A DNA stretch of 63,838 nt, counting the filler, from Octopus bimaculoides (taxonomy: Eukaryota), in NCBI RefSeq assembly GCF_001194135.2. It is 6 parts of 5 records of this genome, joined end to end, with 100 filler letters (N's around TTAATTAATTAA, not from the genome) between each part and the next. Parts side by side here need not be neighbours in the genome. Positions count along the whole stretch, not along the records: positions 37,024 to 63,838 come from NC_068981.1; 5 more parts are not named here. The stretch is one strand, 5' to 3'. This document shows positions 51,094 through 63,838 of this stretch, piece by piece. Both the position numbers and the translations under genes were made by a program. The stretch's first letter is position 1. The number at the start of each line of letters is the position of its first letter. The notes under the pieces were generated by a model. It saw only the letters and a list, made by a program, of their open reading frames with translations, was not told the DNA's origin and did no database searches.

Positions 51094-54040
51094 ATATCTC
51101 AAGACATATATATGTATGTGTATACATTGATATGTACATACATGCATACTCTCTTTCTCACACACACACACATGGTGCATATACATATATAACATCATCA
51201 TCATTTAATGCCCGTTTCCCATGCTGGCATGGGCTGGACAGTTTGACAGGAGCTGGCAACCCAGAAGACTGCACCAAACTCCACTGTCTATTTTGGCATG
51301 GTTTTATGGCTGGATGCCCTTTCTAATACCAACTACTTTACAGAGAAAGCTATATATTCTTTTATTCTTTTACTTGCTTCAGTCACTTGACTGCAGCCAT
51401 GCTGGAGCACTGCCTTTAGTCAAACAAATCAACCCCAGGACTTGTTCTTTGAAAGCCTAGTACTTATAGCTATAATTTTTTAAAACATAAATTGCAAGCT
51501 CTTTTATTTTGGGTATAGGATTCGATTCTATGTCAAAAATCAATTGTATTTGAATGTAGTTTGTAGTGTTCTTTAACTCCTAAATAAATGTAATTTTGAG
51601 GGTGATGTTTCATTTTCTCTGTTTAGGTTTCTGAATGTATGAGTGTGGTCGTAAAGTATAGTTTAAAAGGTGTAGAGGTGAAACGTGAATGTGTGTGTGC
51701 ATGTATGGATGTGTGTGCGTGCGTGCGTGCGTGCATGTATGTGTGTGTGTGTGTATGTAATAATGAGATGAAAAGAGACAAAATTCACAACATGTCAAAG
51801 AATCTATACATACATATATATTGAGAGAAGGGGTAGAGAGAGAGAAGTGAGGCAGGAAGGAGAGAGATACACATGCACATGTACACACACACGTGTGTGT
51901 GCACACTTATATAAAGGGGTCAACCTGATTATGTGACTGGTACATTTTATACATACATTTGTGCATGTGCACATGCATACATACCTCTCCACCACCACAC
52001 ATAAATATCTATGTTTACTATCAGCAGAGGATATACAATTTCTTCAGTAAATAACATATGTATTTAATAATTTCACATAGGAAATAATGTGACTCTGCAA
52101 ATATTTCTTGGCTGTTCTCTTTTCATACCAGAATGAAATGTCAAGTTAACAATTATTCAAAACTCCTGGCATGCTCAAATGAATGTTCAACTTTTATTTC
52201 CTCTATTCTGCTGCCAAGTGATGAAAAAAAAACTTTGTTTCATATAAACCTGATAAAATCTGCTTATATTAATGTTGAGTTAATTGTGAAACAATTTTTA
52301 TTTTAGACTTTGATGTGAGATAACATTCCAGGAGTGTGGAAATATGAAATTATTCTACCTGTGTATCAGCAAACAGTTCTTTATTGCATATTATTTTCAT
52401 TTTAATCCCCCCTTCCTGCCTCTCTCTCTGAAAATTTAAAAAAAGAAAAGAAAAAACTATTATCTTCAGGAAAAAAAGAGATTCTTTAAATAGAACTCTT
52501 TGAAATTGTGTTTCAAAAAGAACTGCAATATTCATTTTAAAGATACAAAGTGATACTGAAAAGATGGCCATATCCTGTTCAGACATCTCATTACATAGCT
52601 AAAAATCATCTAACAATTGGATATTTTCTCTTCTTACAAATAAAACTGCCATTATTTTTTCAGTCTTTAGTTCAGTTTTGGGTTGTGTCCTCCACATTAC
52701 CTTATTTACAACGACTGATGCTGTTTATTCTTCTGAGTTTACTAACCATTCCACTATTATTATGTTTCACTGTTAACTGTTTGTGAAGGCGTGTTGCCTG
52801 GTTGTTAGGGTGTCACACTCATGATTGCAAGGTTGTGGTTTCAGTTTCCAGAAAAGGTGAAGCATTGTGTTCTTGAGCAAAAAAGAAATAAAAAAAACAT
52901 TTTGTTTCATGTTGCTCCAGTCCACTCAACTGTAGACAAGTAACCATGCAATGGACTGGCACCCCATTCAGGGGGAATGTTGTGATCTTGGTCAACATGG
53001 AAACCAGATAACTGGCCCTATAAGTCCTAGGACTTGAGATAGTTCTTACTTAGTTTGCAGTCCTTTTGCTTCATTTGTGTTATAATTCTGATGAACTCAA
53101 ACTGGTTATGAGTTTCAACTTACCACTGTTACAATCATCAGTGTTGGCTGTAACATCATCATCATTTATTGTCTGTTTTCTATATTGGTATGGATTTATG
53201 TAGATTATCACAGTATAGTTCAGTTCCCATTCAGAAAAACAGCCCTTCAAGACGGTTTGAAGAGCATCTCATTCATGTGCTACTTTTGGCTTGGACTTTT
53301 TTTTTATGACTGGAAGTCCTTCCTATCATTAACAACTTTACAGAGTGTATTGGATGTATTTATCATGGTACCAGCACAAGAGAGGTTGTCATGTTCTTAA
53401 CAAAACTAGAGTGTCCTCTCCACTCCAAGCTGTTATCCACTTGTTTCCAACCTCTTTAGAGAATGCACTGAGTGCACTACCATTAGTGGTGTAACCATTA
53501 AGATTAAAGAGTTCTCATCACTTTATCAGTTAATTTACAAACCAAGATTTTTATTCATAACTGCTGATTTTTCTGTTTAATGATTTTCATCACAACTTAT
53601 TTGAGACCTCTTTTGTTTCTATGGTACCTAACGCCCAGTTTTAATATGTTTGTATATAAATTTAAATCTTCCATCATTGATTTAAGTATGGTCCTTTATT
53701 TAAGTTATGTTCCAAACTCCAGCCTAAAACATATTACTGAAAGAAAATGAACTACTTTGCTAAATCTTTCCAAAATTTATTCAAACATATAGGAAGCATG
53801 TTTTTGTTAAAAATATTCTAACGAAAATAAAATGGAATTAAAATAAAATGTGATTTATTTTCTTTGTAGCCTTTGTACTCTGACTAAGATCAAAATGATA
53901 CATGACTATACAAATGGGATTTATTTTTTAATTCTGAAGTATCATCACAGCAAACCTTGCAGATCAAAACTTCTCATCTGGTTGAAATGGTAGAACAGGT
54001 CAAAAAATAAAATAAAATAATAATAATAATAATAATAATA

Positions 54041-55736
54041 ATGGATAATTTAAAGCTATATGGCAAAGATGATGAAGAGCTTCAGGGACTATTACATACT
54101 GTGAAAGGATTCAGTGATGATATCGGGATGGAGTTTGGCCTTGAAAAGTGTGCCAAAGCCACTTTTAAGAAAGGGAAACTGGTAAAGTCAAGTTCAATAG
54201 AATTAGATGTCGAAACAGTAATAAAAGAACTTGAGCAGGAACAAACCTATAAATACCTAGGAATAAATGAAGGCTCTGGTATCCAGCATGCAAGCATGAA
54301 AGAGAAAGTTAGGAAGGAATGTTATAGAAGAGTTCGAGCAGTTCTGAAGTCAGAGCTGAATGCATATAATAAGGTGTTAGCCATAAATTCCTTAGCAGTC
54401 CCAGTTGTTCTTTATAGCTTCAATGTGCTTAACTGGAATACCAGTGAAATNNNNNNNNNNNNNNNNNNNNNNNNNNNNNNNNNNNNNNNNNNNNNNNNNN
54501 NNNNNNNNNNNNNNNNNNNNNNNNNNNNNNNNNNNNNNNNNNNNNNNNNNNNNNNNNNNNNNNNNNNNNNNNNNNNNNNNNNNNNNNNNNNNNNNNNNNN
54601 NNNNNNNNNNNNNNNNNNNNNNNNNNNNNNNNNNNNNNNNNNNNNNNNNNNNNNNNNNNNNNNNNNNNNNNNNNNNNNNNNNNNNNNNNNNNNNNNNNNN
54701 NNNNNNNNNNNNNNNNNNNNNNNNNNNNNNNNNNNNNNNNNNNNNNNNNNNNNNNNNNNNNNNNNNNNNNNNNNNNNNNNNNNNNNNNNNNNNNNNNNNN
54801 NNNNNNNNNNNNNNNNNNNNNNNNNNNNNNNNNNNNNNNNNNNNNNNNNNNNNNNNNNNNNNNNNNNNNNNNNNNNNNNNNNNNNNNNNNNNNNNNNNNN
54901 NNNNNNNNNNNNNNNNNNNNNNNNNNNNNNNNNNNNNNNNNNNNNNNNNNNNNNNNNNNNNNNNNNNNNNNNNNNNNNNNNNNNNNNNNNNNNNNNNNNN
55001 NNNNNNNNNNNNNNNNNNNNNNNNNNNNNNNNNNNNNNNNNNNNNNNNNNNNNNNNNNNNNNNNNNNNNNNNNNNNNNNNNNNNNNNNNNNNNNNNNNNN
55101 NNNNNNNNNNNNNNNNNNNNNNNNNNNNNNNNNNNNNNNNNNNNNNNNNNNNNNNNNNNNNNNNNNNNNNNNNNNNNNNNNNNNNNNNNNNNNNNNNNNN
55201 NNNNNNNNNNNNNNNNNNNNNNNNNNNNNNNNNNNNNNNNNNNNNNNNNNNNNNNNNNNNNNNNNNNNNNNNNNNNNNNNNNNNNNNNNNNNNNNNNNNN
55301 NNNNNNNNNNNNNNNNNNNNNNNNNNNNNNNNNNNNNNNNNNNNNNNNNNNNNNNNNNNNNNNNNNNNNNNNNNNNNAAATTGAAAAAATGTGGCACCTC
55401 AAGGCGACTACCATACACTGGATCTCTAGGAATGATAAAAAAAGGTACTGAAACCTATTTGAAAATGATACCAGGCTTACCATCCCTACAGGAAGTGCAA
55501 AAAATCGTGCTAACTCATGTACTGAGAAGAGCATTATCGCTGTGAAAACAACATCCATTCATGAACTTTTTTTTCTTAAATACATGTTTTACCTGTGAAT
55601 TTGCGTGTGTGAACTGGGAATGCATACAACGAGTTTCTCTGCCCTAGGTGTACGGAAAACACTCGGCGAGAAATGGAAGAAAATTTGAAGAAAGAAGAAA
55701 AAAAAAACAACAACATAATAATAATAATAATAATAA
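54041..55736 (+). mobile_element. R4/Dong-clade non-LTR retrotransposon, 5'-truncated, spanning a gap
   Basis: MDNLKLY...IGMEFGLEKCA...YKYLG...ELNAYNKVLAINSLAVPV before the gap; IEKMWHLK...IPGLPSLQEVQKIVL...LRRALSL* (stop 55543-55545) after it. (TAA)n on both sides. Confidence 0.8.
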
Positions 55737-56908
55737 AAATGAAACAACTAGGGTCCTCTGAGTGGTTATTGTTAATTAATCATGGCTCAGTTTTGATTAA
55801 AGGCATTCTAGGTTTGACTACCCCTTCTCAATTTTTTTAGTTATTCATAATCAGTAGAGTATAATTTAAGAGAGATTTGGCTGCTGTATCTATCATATCA
55901 AGCAACCTCCCAGGAACTGCATCATTGGCTTGTCCCAAGCTGGTTGTTTGGCTTATTGTTAAGAATAGTTGAATCTTCAGATCATATTCTACAGTTTTAA
56001 AAAATGGAAAGTCACTGGGTCACATAGTCACAATTACAGTATATAATGGAATGGTCATGGCTGGAATGTCTTTGAACAGATGTTTGCTCAGTCATAGCTG
56101 ATATGGAAATAAACAACAGCAACACAAGCAAATAATGAGATCACATGCTGAGCAAGACTGACAACTGCATTTAAAACAGTTTAAAGAGTTGTTAGAATAA
56201 TCTACTGAGGCAAAGATGACCCAGATATTTGAAAGTTCTTGGAACAAAATTATCTAATGGATGCTTTCTCTCTCTCCAACCTCTTTCTCTTTCTCTCTTC
56301 CCCACCTCTTTCTCTTTCTCTCTCCTACTTCCCACCTGGGATTCTAAATGCTTTTTAATTCTAAAAAGCATACTGTTCTGGTAATTTAAGGTGAACCAGA
56401 TATTTTTTCTTTAATGTCTGAAGTGTGGCAAAAACAAAACAATAACAAAAACAAAAAAAAAAATGAAGAAAAGTAGAAAAACTGCAAGAAACCATGGTAT
56501 TTGTTTGTTTACAATGTATTTCTTTCAAAATAAAATAGAAATTTATTTACAAGCAAATTATATGTTGACTCCTGCTTTGTGTCTGTTTAACTAATACATC
56601 ATAATTTTGAGAATCATAACAACAGTATGTGTGTGTGTGTATGTGTCGTGTGTGTGCGTTGTATGTATGTGTGTGTNNNNNNNNNNNNNNNNNNNNNNNN
56701 NNNNNNNNNNNNNNNNNNNNNNNNNNNNNNNNNNNNNNNNNNNNNNNNNNNNNNNNNNNNNNNNNNNNNNNNNNNNNNNNNNNNNNNNNNNNNNNNNNNN
56801 NNNNNNNNNNNNNNNNNNNNNNNNNNNNAGTATGTGTGTGTGTGTATGTGTCGTGTGTGTGCGTTGTATGTATGTGTGTGTATGTGCGTGCGTGCATACA
56901 TGTGTTTA

Positions 56909-57975
56909 TGTGTGTGTATTATCTTACTTATCAGTTGGAAGATATCAATACAGATCAGTGAACAGTTTGTTAGCTGAAATTATAAACAAGACCATCAGCT
57001 CTTGTTAGCTTCATTGGTCCAAGAGTGCTTCTGTCTAACAAGACACAACATGGTGAGCTGGCAGAAACATTAGCACGTTGGGCAAAATGCTTAGTGGTAT
57101 TTCGTCTGCTGTTACATCCTGAGTTCAAATTCCGCCGAGGTTGACTTTGCCTTTCATCCTTTCGAGGTCAATAAATTAAGTACCAGTAATGCACTGGAGT
57201 CGATGTAATCGACTGAATCCCTTTGTCTGTCCTTGTTTGTCCCCTCTATGTTTAGCCCCTTGAGGGCAATAAAGAAACAAGACACAACATGTCGAAACAA
57301 TGGTATACCAGAATCTCTTGTACTAATGAATCTATTGTATTATGAACACATGTTCATCATGAAGGAGAAGCTGTTTACTTCTGATGAAACACAATAATGA
57401 TGAGCATATTCACAAGAACTTGTAAAGAAAACAATTTTAGTTGACTCAAAGTAGAGGGAAGTTGTAGAAGAGACCCAGGAAAACAGGGAATGAAATATTG
57501 AAGCCTGATCTCAAAACACTGAGCCTTATGAAGGAGATCACAGAGGACCGAGATTGCTATGCTCAAGATCTCCTTCGTAAGGCTGTCTTCTGTGATCTCC
57601 TTCATAAGGCTCAATGTTTTGAAATCAGGCTTCAATATTTCCTCCCATGTTTTCCTGGGTCTCCATCTTCCATAACTTCCTTAAAATTGCTTTCTTTACA
57701 AGTCCTCGTGAATATGCTCATCATTGTTGTGCTTCATCAGAAGTGAACAGCTTCTCCTTAATGATGAACATGTGTTCATAATACAATAGATCCATTAGTA
57801 CAAGAGATTCTGGTATACCATTGTTTCGACATGTGTCTTGTTAGACAGAAGCACCCCTGGATCAATGAAGCTAACAAGAGCTGATGGTCTTGTTTATAAT
57901 TTTCAGCTAATAAACTGTTCACTGATCTGTACTGATATCTTCCAACTGATTAGCAAGATAATACACACACACATA
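56909..57975. repeat. Long imperfect palindrome, about 400-bp arms, short central spacer
   Basis: 56909-57545 (minus the SINE) is the reverse complement of about 57588-57975. Confidence 0.92.
57053..57275 (+). mobile_element. SINE family B copy with a 16-bp target-site duplication
   Basis: AACAAGACACAACATG at 57037-57052 and 57276-57291 flanks the SINE. Confidence 0.9.
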
Positions 57976-58895
57976 CAAGATGCCATGTAACAAGCATTGA
58001 TGTTGGTGCTGGTACCATGTAAAAGGTACTTGTGATGGTGCCATGTAAAAAGCATTCAGTACACTTTGTAAAGTGATTGGTGTCAGGAAGGGCATCTGGC
58101 CATAGAAACCAAGCCAAAACTCACTATGGAACTGATGTGGCTCCTGTCAAACCATCCAACTATGTCAGATGGAAAACAAACATTAAAATGATGATGAAGA
58201 TGAATTGCATTAAATTTATTTTATGTCAACTTGTAAAGATAACTGTTTATTCGACTAGACCTCATTCTATATAGGACTTGTATAAAATGTATAATTAATG
58301 TTGCTTCAGAATATAACTGATAATCAACTGCAAGATGTATTTTTAGAACTTTTAAAATTACATCACAGTTAAAATACATAGTGATGGTCGATATATTGAA
58401 AATTTACAATTTCAGGAATATATTTATCTAAAAAGTATCATAAGTTCTTTCACTTATCCTGTTCATTGATTAATTCTACCATACACAGAATTAAAGTCAT
58501 ACAAATTTATAACTGCACAAGGATTATATATTGACCCTAGTAATGAGATATCAACAACACAGTAGCTTGTTTCTCCTTAGCAACTCTGGGCTGCATTAAA
58601 TATATTGAAATTATTTTAGTTTTTAGTATGTAGAAGGGAAATATTGGCTGTTTTAAAGATTGTTCCAAACAGTTGCAAGAAATTGAGAGTGTGAGGGCAA
58701 GAGCTATCAGATATCATAATTAGATGTGTGTGTATCTAGAAACTAAAAAGAAGAAGAAGAACAAGTGTGTTGTAGGATGACTAGCTGTTTGAGAGAGGAA
58801 GTGAAAAACATAAAAAAAAAAAGGAAGCAGAAACAAAGAGGTAACAGTTGAATATAGGCACCTCAAATGTAGCCCGAATACTCTTATTTATATAG

Positions 58896-59226
58896 GGTGA
58901 CCCCCTTCGGTCATGAATGACCATGGAGTTGCACCTAGAAAGTTACCTTCTGAGGCACAAGTCCGGGCAAGGTTGTTTATGGAAGACCAGCAGTCGCCCA
59001 TGCATACCAGCCTTCCCTCTCCATGCCACTAATGTTATCCAAGGGAAAGGCAAAGGCCGATACAGCTTGGCACCAGTGACATCGCAACTCATTTCTACAG
59101 CTGAGTGAACTGGAGAAATGTGAAATAAAGTGTCTTACTCAAGAACACAACACACAACCTGGTCCAGGAATCGAACTCACAACCTCACAATCATAAGCTC
59201 GATGCTCTAACCACTGAGCCCATGCA
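58896..59226 (-). mobile_element. tRNA-derived SINE family C
   Basis: Colinear with 12881-13215. Head reads GGCTCAGTGGTTAGAGC...GAGTTCGATTCC on the minus strand. Confidence 0.8.
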
Positions 59227-59236
59227 CTTTCACACA

Positions 59237-59309
<73 letters not shown>

Positions 59310-61455
59310 CTATAAACAATAATACAGATGGGTTGAGGTTCGCTACAGCTGTTTCAGATGTATTCTTTATTGATAAACAAAAACGTTATATCATGTAAAA
59401 ACAAAGTTTTCATCAGGTGAATTAAGAGTAAAATTTAACATTGATTAGAACACAATGCAAGTTGACCACCCCCACCCCCATCTAGGCTACAGCTAAGAGA
59501 GTACATTATGTTTTATTTTTGTGAAGAATCCTAAGTGTTAAATTTTACTCTTAATTCACCTGAAGAAAACAGTTCTTTTTTTTTTGCATGGTGTAACACT
59601 TTTGTTCATCAATAAAGAAGACATCTGAAATAACTGTAGTGAATTCAACCCATCTGTGTTATCATTTATAGTTCACCTCACTCTGAACCTTTCCTGGATT
59701 GGATCTGGGACCTATAGTTGACTGTGGAATGTGTGCCATGAGTATACTCCTGTGAAACTTTGCATACACGTTGTGTATTTGGTTAGTACTTGTGAATGTG
59801 TGCATAACTGGAGTGACAAATCTATATTTACTTTAGTAAGTATGTATATGTCCATATACATTGTTAGTGCAAAGTTGTACTATCCCTGACTCTGCATTGG
59901 TGTCTTTGTTATTTAAGTACTTTGATTCTTTAGGATCTTGCAAATGTTATATATATATAATAGGTAGTATATAAAAAAAAGCATATGATAAATACAGACA
60001 ATTAGTGCTCACATTGGACCAGGTATCTAAAATCTAATGTTGAATGAAAGGAGATAGAATTGAGGCAAACTAGAGTTGGCTATAGGTAATGTACTGACTA
60101 AGTTAAAGTAAGAACAATAGGATAAAAGATGGACTGGTGGTTGTTTATGGCATCAAAATATTCATAAAATAGTTATGAAGGAGTGATGATAAATATAATT
60201 AAGCAGAAATACAAGAAAATCAGAAAATTGGGAAAGCAAGAGTTCATAACCTGAATACTCTAATATCACAGATAAAAGAGAGGAAAGCCCAAGTTCTTCA
60301 TAGGTAGATATCTGGAGAGTTCATATTCAAACCTCACATATAAAAGAAGAGAGAATATGGGTAATCCTTTACAACTGTTTCTGAGGCATGGTGCTCAGTT
60401 AGTGGAGTAGTGTAAATAGTATGTAAGTGTGTGTGTGTGCATGTGTGCGTGTGTGCATATGTGTGTATGTGTGAAGTATTAAAGCAGTCTATTAATGAAA
60501 GTTCCTTGCTATTTCTGAATACAAGAAAGGCTAAAAGGAAGATAAAAAAAAACTAAAATAGGGTATTTAATAAAACTGAAATATTCTGCAAAGTTTGTAA
60601 GTTTTTCATAGAAGTGAGTGTCTCCTCCATCACTCATCTATTATTATCTATGGTTTGTCCATTTTGATGCCAACTTATCTCCAACAACCCTTGATGTATG
60701 ATACAAACATTCTGTTTTAAAGTGATCTAAAAATCAAATCTTTCATTATAATTTTATGTTAATTTATATTCCAAATACCAATTTAGTAATCACAGTTATT
60801 TCACTTAATCAATTTTTTTTCCAAAATTAATTGAATTAAAGGTGGTTTTATTTCAATAGAACTATGGTAACAAAAAGGTTAATGTCATTTATTTGTCTCT
60901 AACTTAAATCACATTACCTAGCTCTACTTTCATAGAATGATGTGTCTTCTCTTAATCCTGACATTTGTATTTCTGAAATCCTTTCATTTGTTTTCTTTGT
61001 GATAATATAAAGATCTGTGTAATGTCTGAAGTTACATTTTACACAAAACAAAAATTCTAAAGCTTTCATAATGTTTCCCAATAAACAATATTTTCAGTCA
61101 ATCATATGTTAGGAGTTAATAATATATGCATTTTAATTCCACTACCTACTGCTACACAAAGCCTGGCAGGAAACAGTAGTCTCTTGAGAAGGAGTAGTTG
61201 CTGGAGGCCAGATATGCATTCATTTCTAGAGACCCTGCTGCTGGTGTTCTCACACAATTTCCCAATATTCTGACAGTTGACCTGCACTGTATCTGTCTTC
61301 TGATTCCTGGCAATATTTGACTTCTAGGAAGTTATATTTCTCTTTTGTCTTAGTATCATGTGGCTAAGTAAAAAGAAAGAAAATAATGATAGAATTCAAA
61401 ACCTATCACTTCAAAGAACTAATCACCATAACAGGTATATATTTCTATAATAATA

Positions 61456-61466
61456 ATAATAATAAT

Positions 61467-61546
<80 letters not shown>
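61456..61546. repeat. (AAT)n microsatellite, representative of dozens of TA/CA/GA/TACA/GATA/GAA arrays in the window
   Basis: Directly visible; most N gaps are flanked by such arrays. Confidence 0.95.
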
Positions 61547-62260
61547 GATATATGTGTGTGTGTGTGTGTATGTCTGTGTGTGTGTATATCAATTTTCACT
61601 CACATATTATACACATACATATTTATGTTTATATATACGAGTGTGTGTGTATATACATATATACACACACACATACATATTCACACACATACACACACAC
61701 ACATAAAGCTAAACGTGAACAAACTGAGTTAAGAATTATATGGATGAAAGGCAATAAAAGTTCAAAACATAGTAATGTGATGGAGAAATGGTTGAAAACA
61801 AACATGGCATTAAGTCTGAGCACATTTGATTTGGAGGACAAACATGGAAAATAAGAAAGACAAAACAGAATTTGTAAAATGTCAAAGAGATTGATATGTG
61901 TGTGAAGATCTTAGCAAACTTAAGTTTGTTAAATTTCTATACACGCATAAAGTCTATTTGACATTGATTTCTTTAAAATCTATATAATGACAAATATGAA
62001 TTTCAAAAATATTAAGACTCGTTATAACTGCAACTGAAATAGTTTCTTTATTATAAGAATGATCTACAATGAAATAAGTTAAAAATGAAGAAAATCTATG
62101 TATAGAGGCAGACATGGCTGTGTGGTAAGAAGCTTGCTTCCCAACCACATGGTTTCAGGTTCAGTCTCTGACTATAGCTCCATAGCTCCATGCGGTTGAA
62201 AGCTTTATCAGTAGATCAGGTAGATGGAAACTGAAAGAAGTATGTTATATATATATATAT

Positions 62261-63507
62261 ACATGCAGGAAGTAAATAGACACCTTTAATTTTCAAGATC
62301 TTTTATTTAATATGCAAAGCGAACAATTGAAATGTCATCAAAAGGTAGGACTACATACTTTAGTATTTAGTTGACATTCCCTTTGCATTTTTTAATTCAG
62401 AAACTCTTTTTGGCATTGAACCGATTAGCTTTGTGATTGTCTCTTATGGAATTTCTGCCCACTTTTCACACAACAATCGAAACAATTCATCTTTAGATTT
62501 AGGTTTCCGTCGAGTTTTTCATATAGCTCTATTTAGTATGCTCCAAAGATTTTCAACTGGGTTTATGTCAGGAGATTGGCTCGGCCAAGGAAGCTTTTTG
62601 ATCCCATTTTCAGTCAGCCATTGCTGATTCCTTTTTGCTGTGTGGCATGGAGCCCCATCTTCCATGAATAAAATGTCATTTTACGTTATGTTATCGTGTG
62701 AATACATCGGAAGTAGTCTTTGTTTAAGTATTTCGATGCATTTTTCAGAGTTTATGGTTCCAACACATTCGATCAGCTCAGAACGACCATTGCTGGTGAC
62801 AGCTCCCCATACCATTACAGAGATACTGCCATGTTTCACAGTTGGTTGGAGTCGTTTCAAATCAAATTCTTGATTGGGAAGCCTCCAGACCCAAACATGT
62901 CCATTGTCTGAAAATAATGCAAATCTGGATTCATCTGAGAAAATCACTCTATCCCAAAATGAACTGGATTTTTCTGACATCTCCTTAGCCCATTTCTTTC
63001 TTTTCATGATATTAATTGGTTGAAGGAGAGGTTTTCTTCTAGCTGCTCATCCAGATATGTAACACATGTTCTTGGACTAACTTCTGGCTGTTTTGCAATG
63101 TCAGAAGCCTTCAAACGGGGTTCGTTTTCCACAATTCTCTTCAAATAGCGAAGTTTCCTTTCCGAGAGCCCAGGTCGGCCAGGATGAGAATTTGTTGATT
63201 CTTTTCCTTGGCTTTTGAATTGCACTATAATTCTATTAACAGTAGCAAGAAGAATTTGAAGATTTTCGGCAATTTTTCACTGGCTAAGACTAGCCTCAGA
63301 TTGCCCAACAATATAACCTCTTTGAAAATCTGACAGTTCTGCTGAATTTTTTGTGCGTGGCATGGTTACTCTTTGCAAATGTTTAATATAATGGCACCTG
63401 GAAGGTAAAAGAATAATTACATTGTAAATTCTACACTGCTGAAAGCCTACTAAGTCACTTAGATCAAAAATTTTGAAAATTAAAGGTGTCTATTTACTTT
63501 CTGCATG

Positions 63508-63513
<6 letters not shown>
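62261..63513 (-). mobile_element. Tc1 (DD34E) transposon with both TIRs, internally deleted and decayed
   Basis: TIRs ACATGCAG(G/A)AAGTAAATAGACACCTTTAATTTTCAA at both ends, embedded in (TA)n. Confidence 0.92.
62360..63363 (-). pseudogene. Tc1 transposase pseudogene
   Basis: MPRTKNSAELSDFQRGYIVG...; VIFSDESRF; VMVWG; EDGAPCH...34 residues...SPDINPVE. In-frame stops and a deletion. Confidence 0.9.
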
Positions 63514-63541
<28 letters not shown>

Positions 63542-63838
63542 AGATAAACTTATTTACATTATTTACAATTGACGGATATTTGTCCTCATCTTGTTTGTTG
63601 TTAACACATTTCGGCTGATATACCCTCCAGCCTTCATTCAGCTAAAAATTCTTCAAGGCTGTGCTCCAGCGTAGCTATAGTAAGAGATAAAAGAGAGAGT
63701 TCAAATTCCGCCAAGGTCAACTTTGCCTTTCATCCTTTCGGGGTCGATAAATTAAGTACCAGTTGTGTACTTGGGTCGATCTAATCGACTGCCTCAGGCC
63801 AGCCAAAGCCTTCTGAAAGTATTTGGTAGATGGAAACT

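Noticed and set aside
57375-57746. Two similar ORFs on opposite strands (MKPD.KTLSLMKEITED...)
   Set aside because: A consequence of the palindrome; no domain or codon signal.

Overview
Eukaryotic, AT-rich, microsatellite-dense draft genome sequence with many N gaps. The SINE and repeat content looks like a coleoid cephalopod, probably Octopus; this is an inference from repeat families I recognise. The only clear host protein-coding gene is an intronless linker histone H1 (8226-8762, minus strand). It looks like a solitary, polyadenylated, replication-independent H1.0/orphon type. The rest is mostly mobile-element debris: four tRNA-headed SINE families, RTE, CR1/Jockey-group and R4/Dong LINE fragments, a 5' LTR-gag-protease piece of a Gypsy element, two Tc1 transposons, a hAT-type MITE and a Penelope-like (PLE) remnant. 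The most interesting signal is a set of unrelated small repeats that each carry a type I hammerhead ribozyme (HHR) fold (about 2.7/3.2, 33.0, 33.5, 36.7 and 46.2 kb). Several sit in or next to inverted repeats, and one is coupled to a tRNA-like Pol III head, which suggests a diverse PLE/retrozyme-like population. Also notable: a 1.07-kb palindrome with a SINE in one arm only, a Dong-type LINE inside (TAA)n, and an apparent CpG-depletion switch at about 37 kb. Five N44-TTAATTAATTAA-N44 spacers are artificial joins, so the window is six stitched segments. Repeat boundaries are read by eye and approximate unless TSDs or TIRs are quoted.
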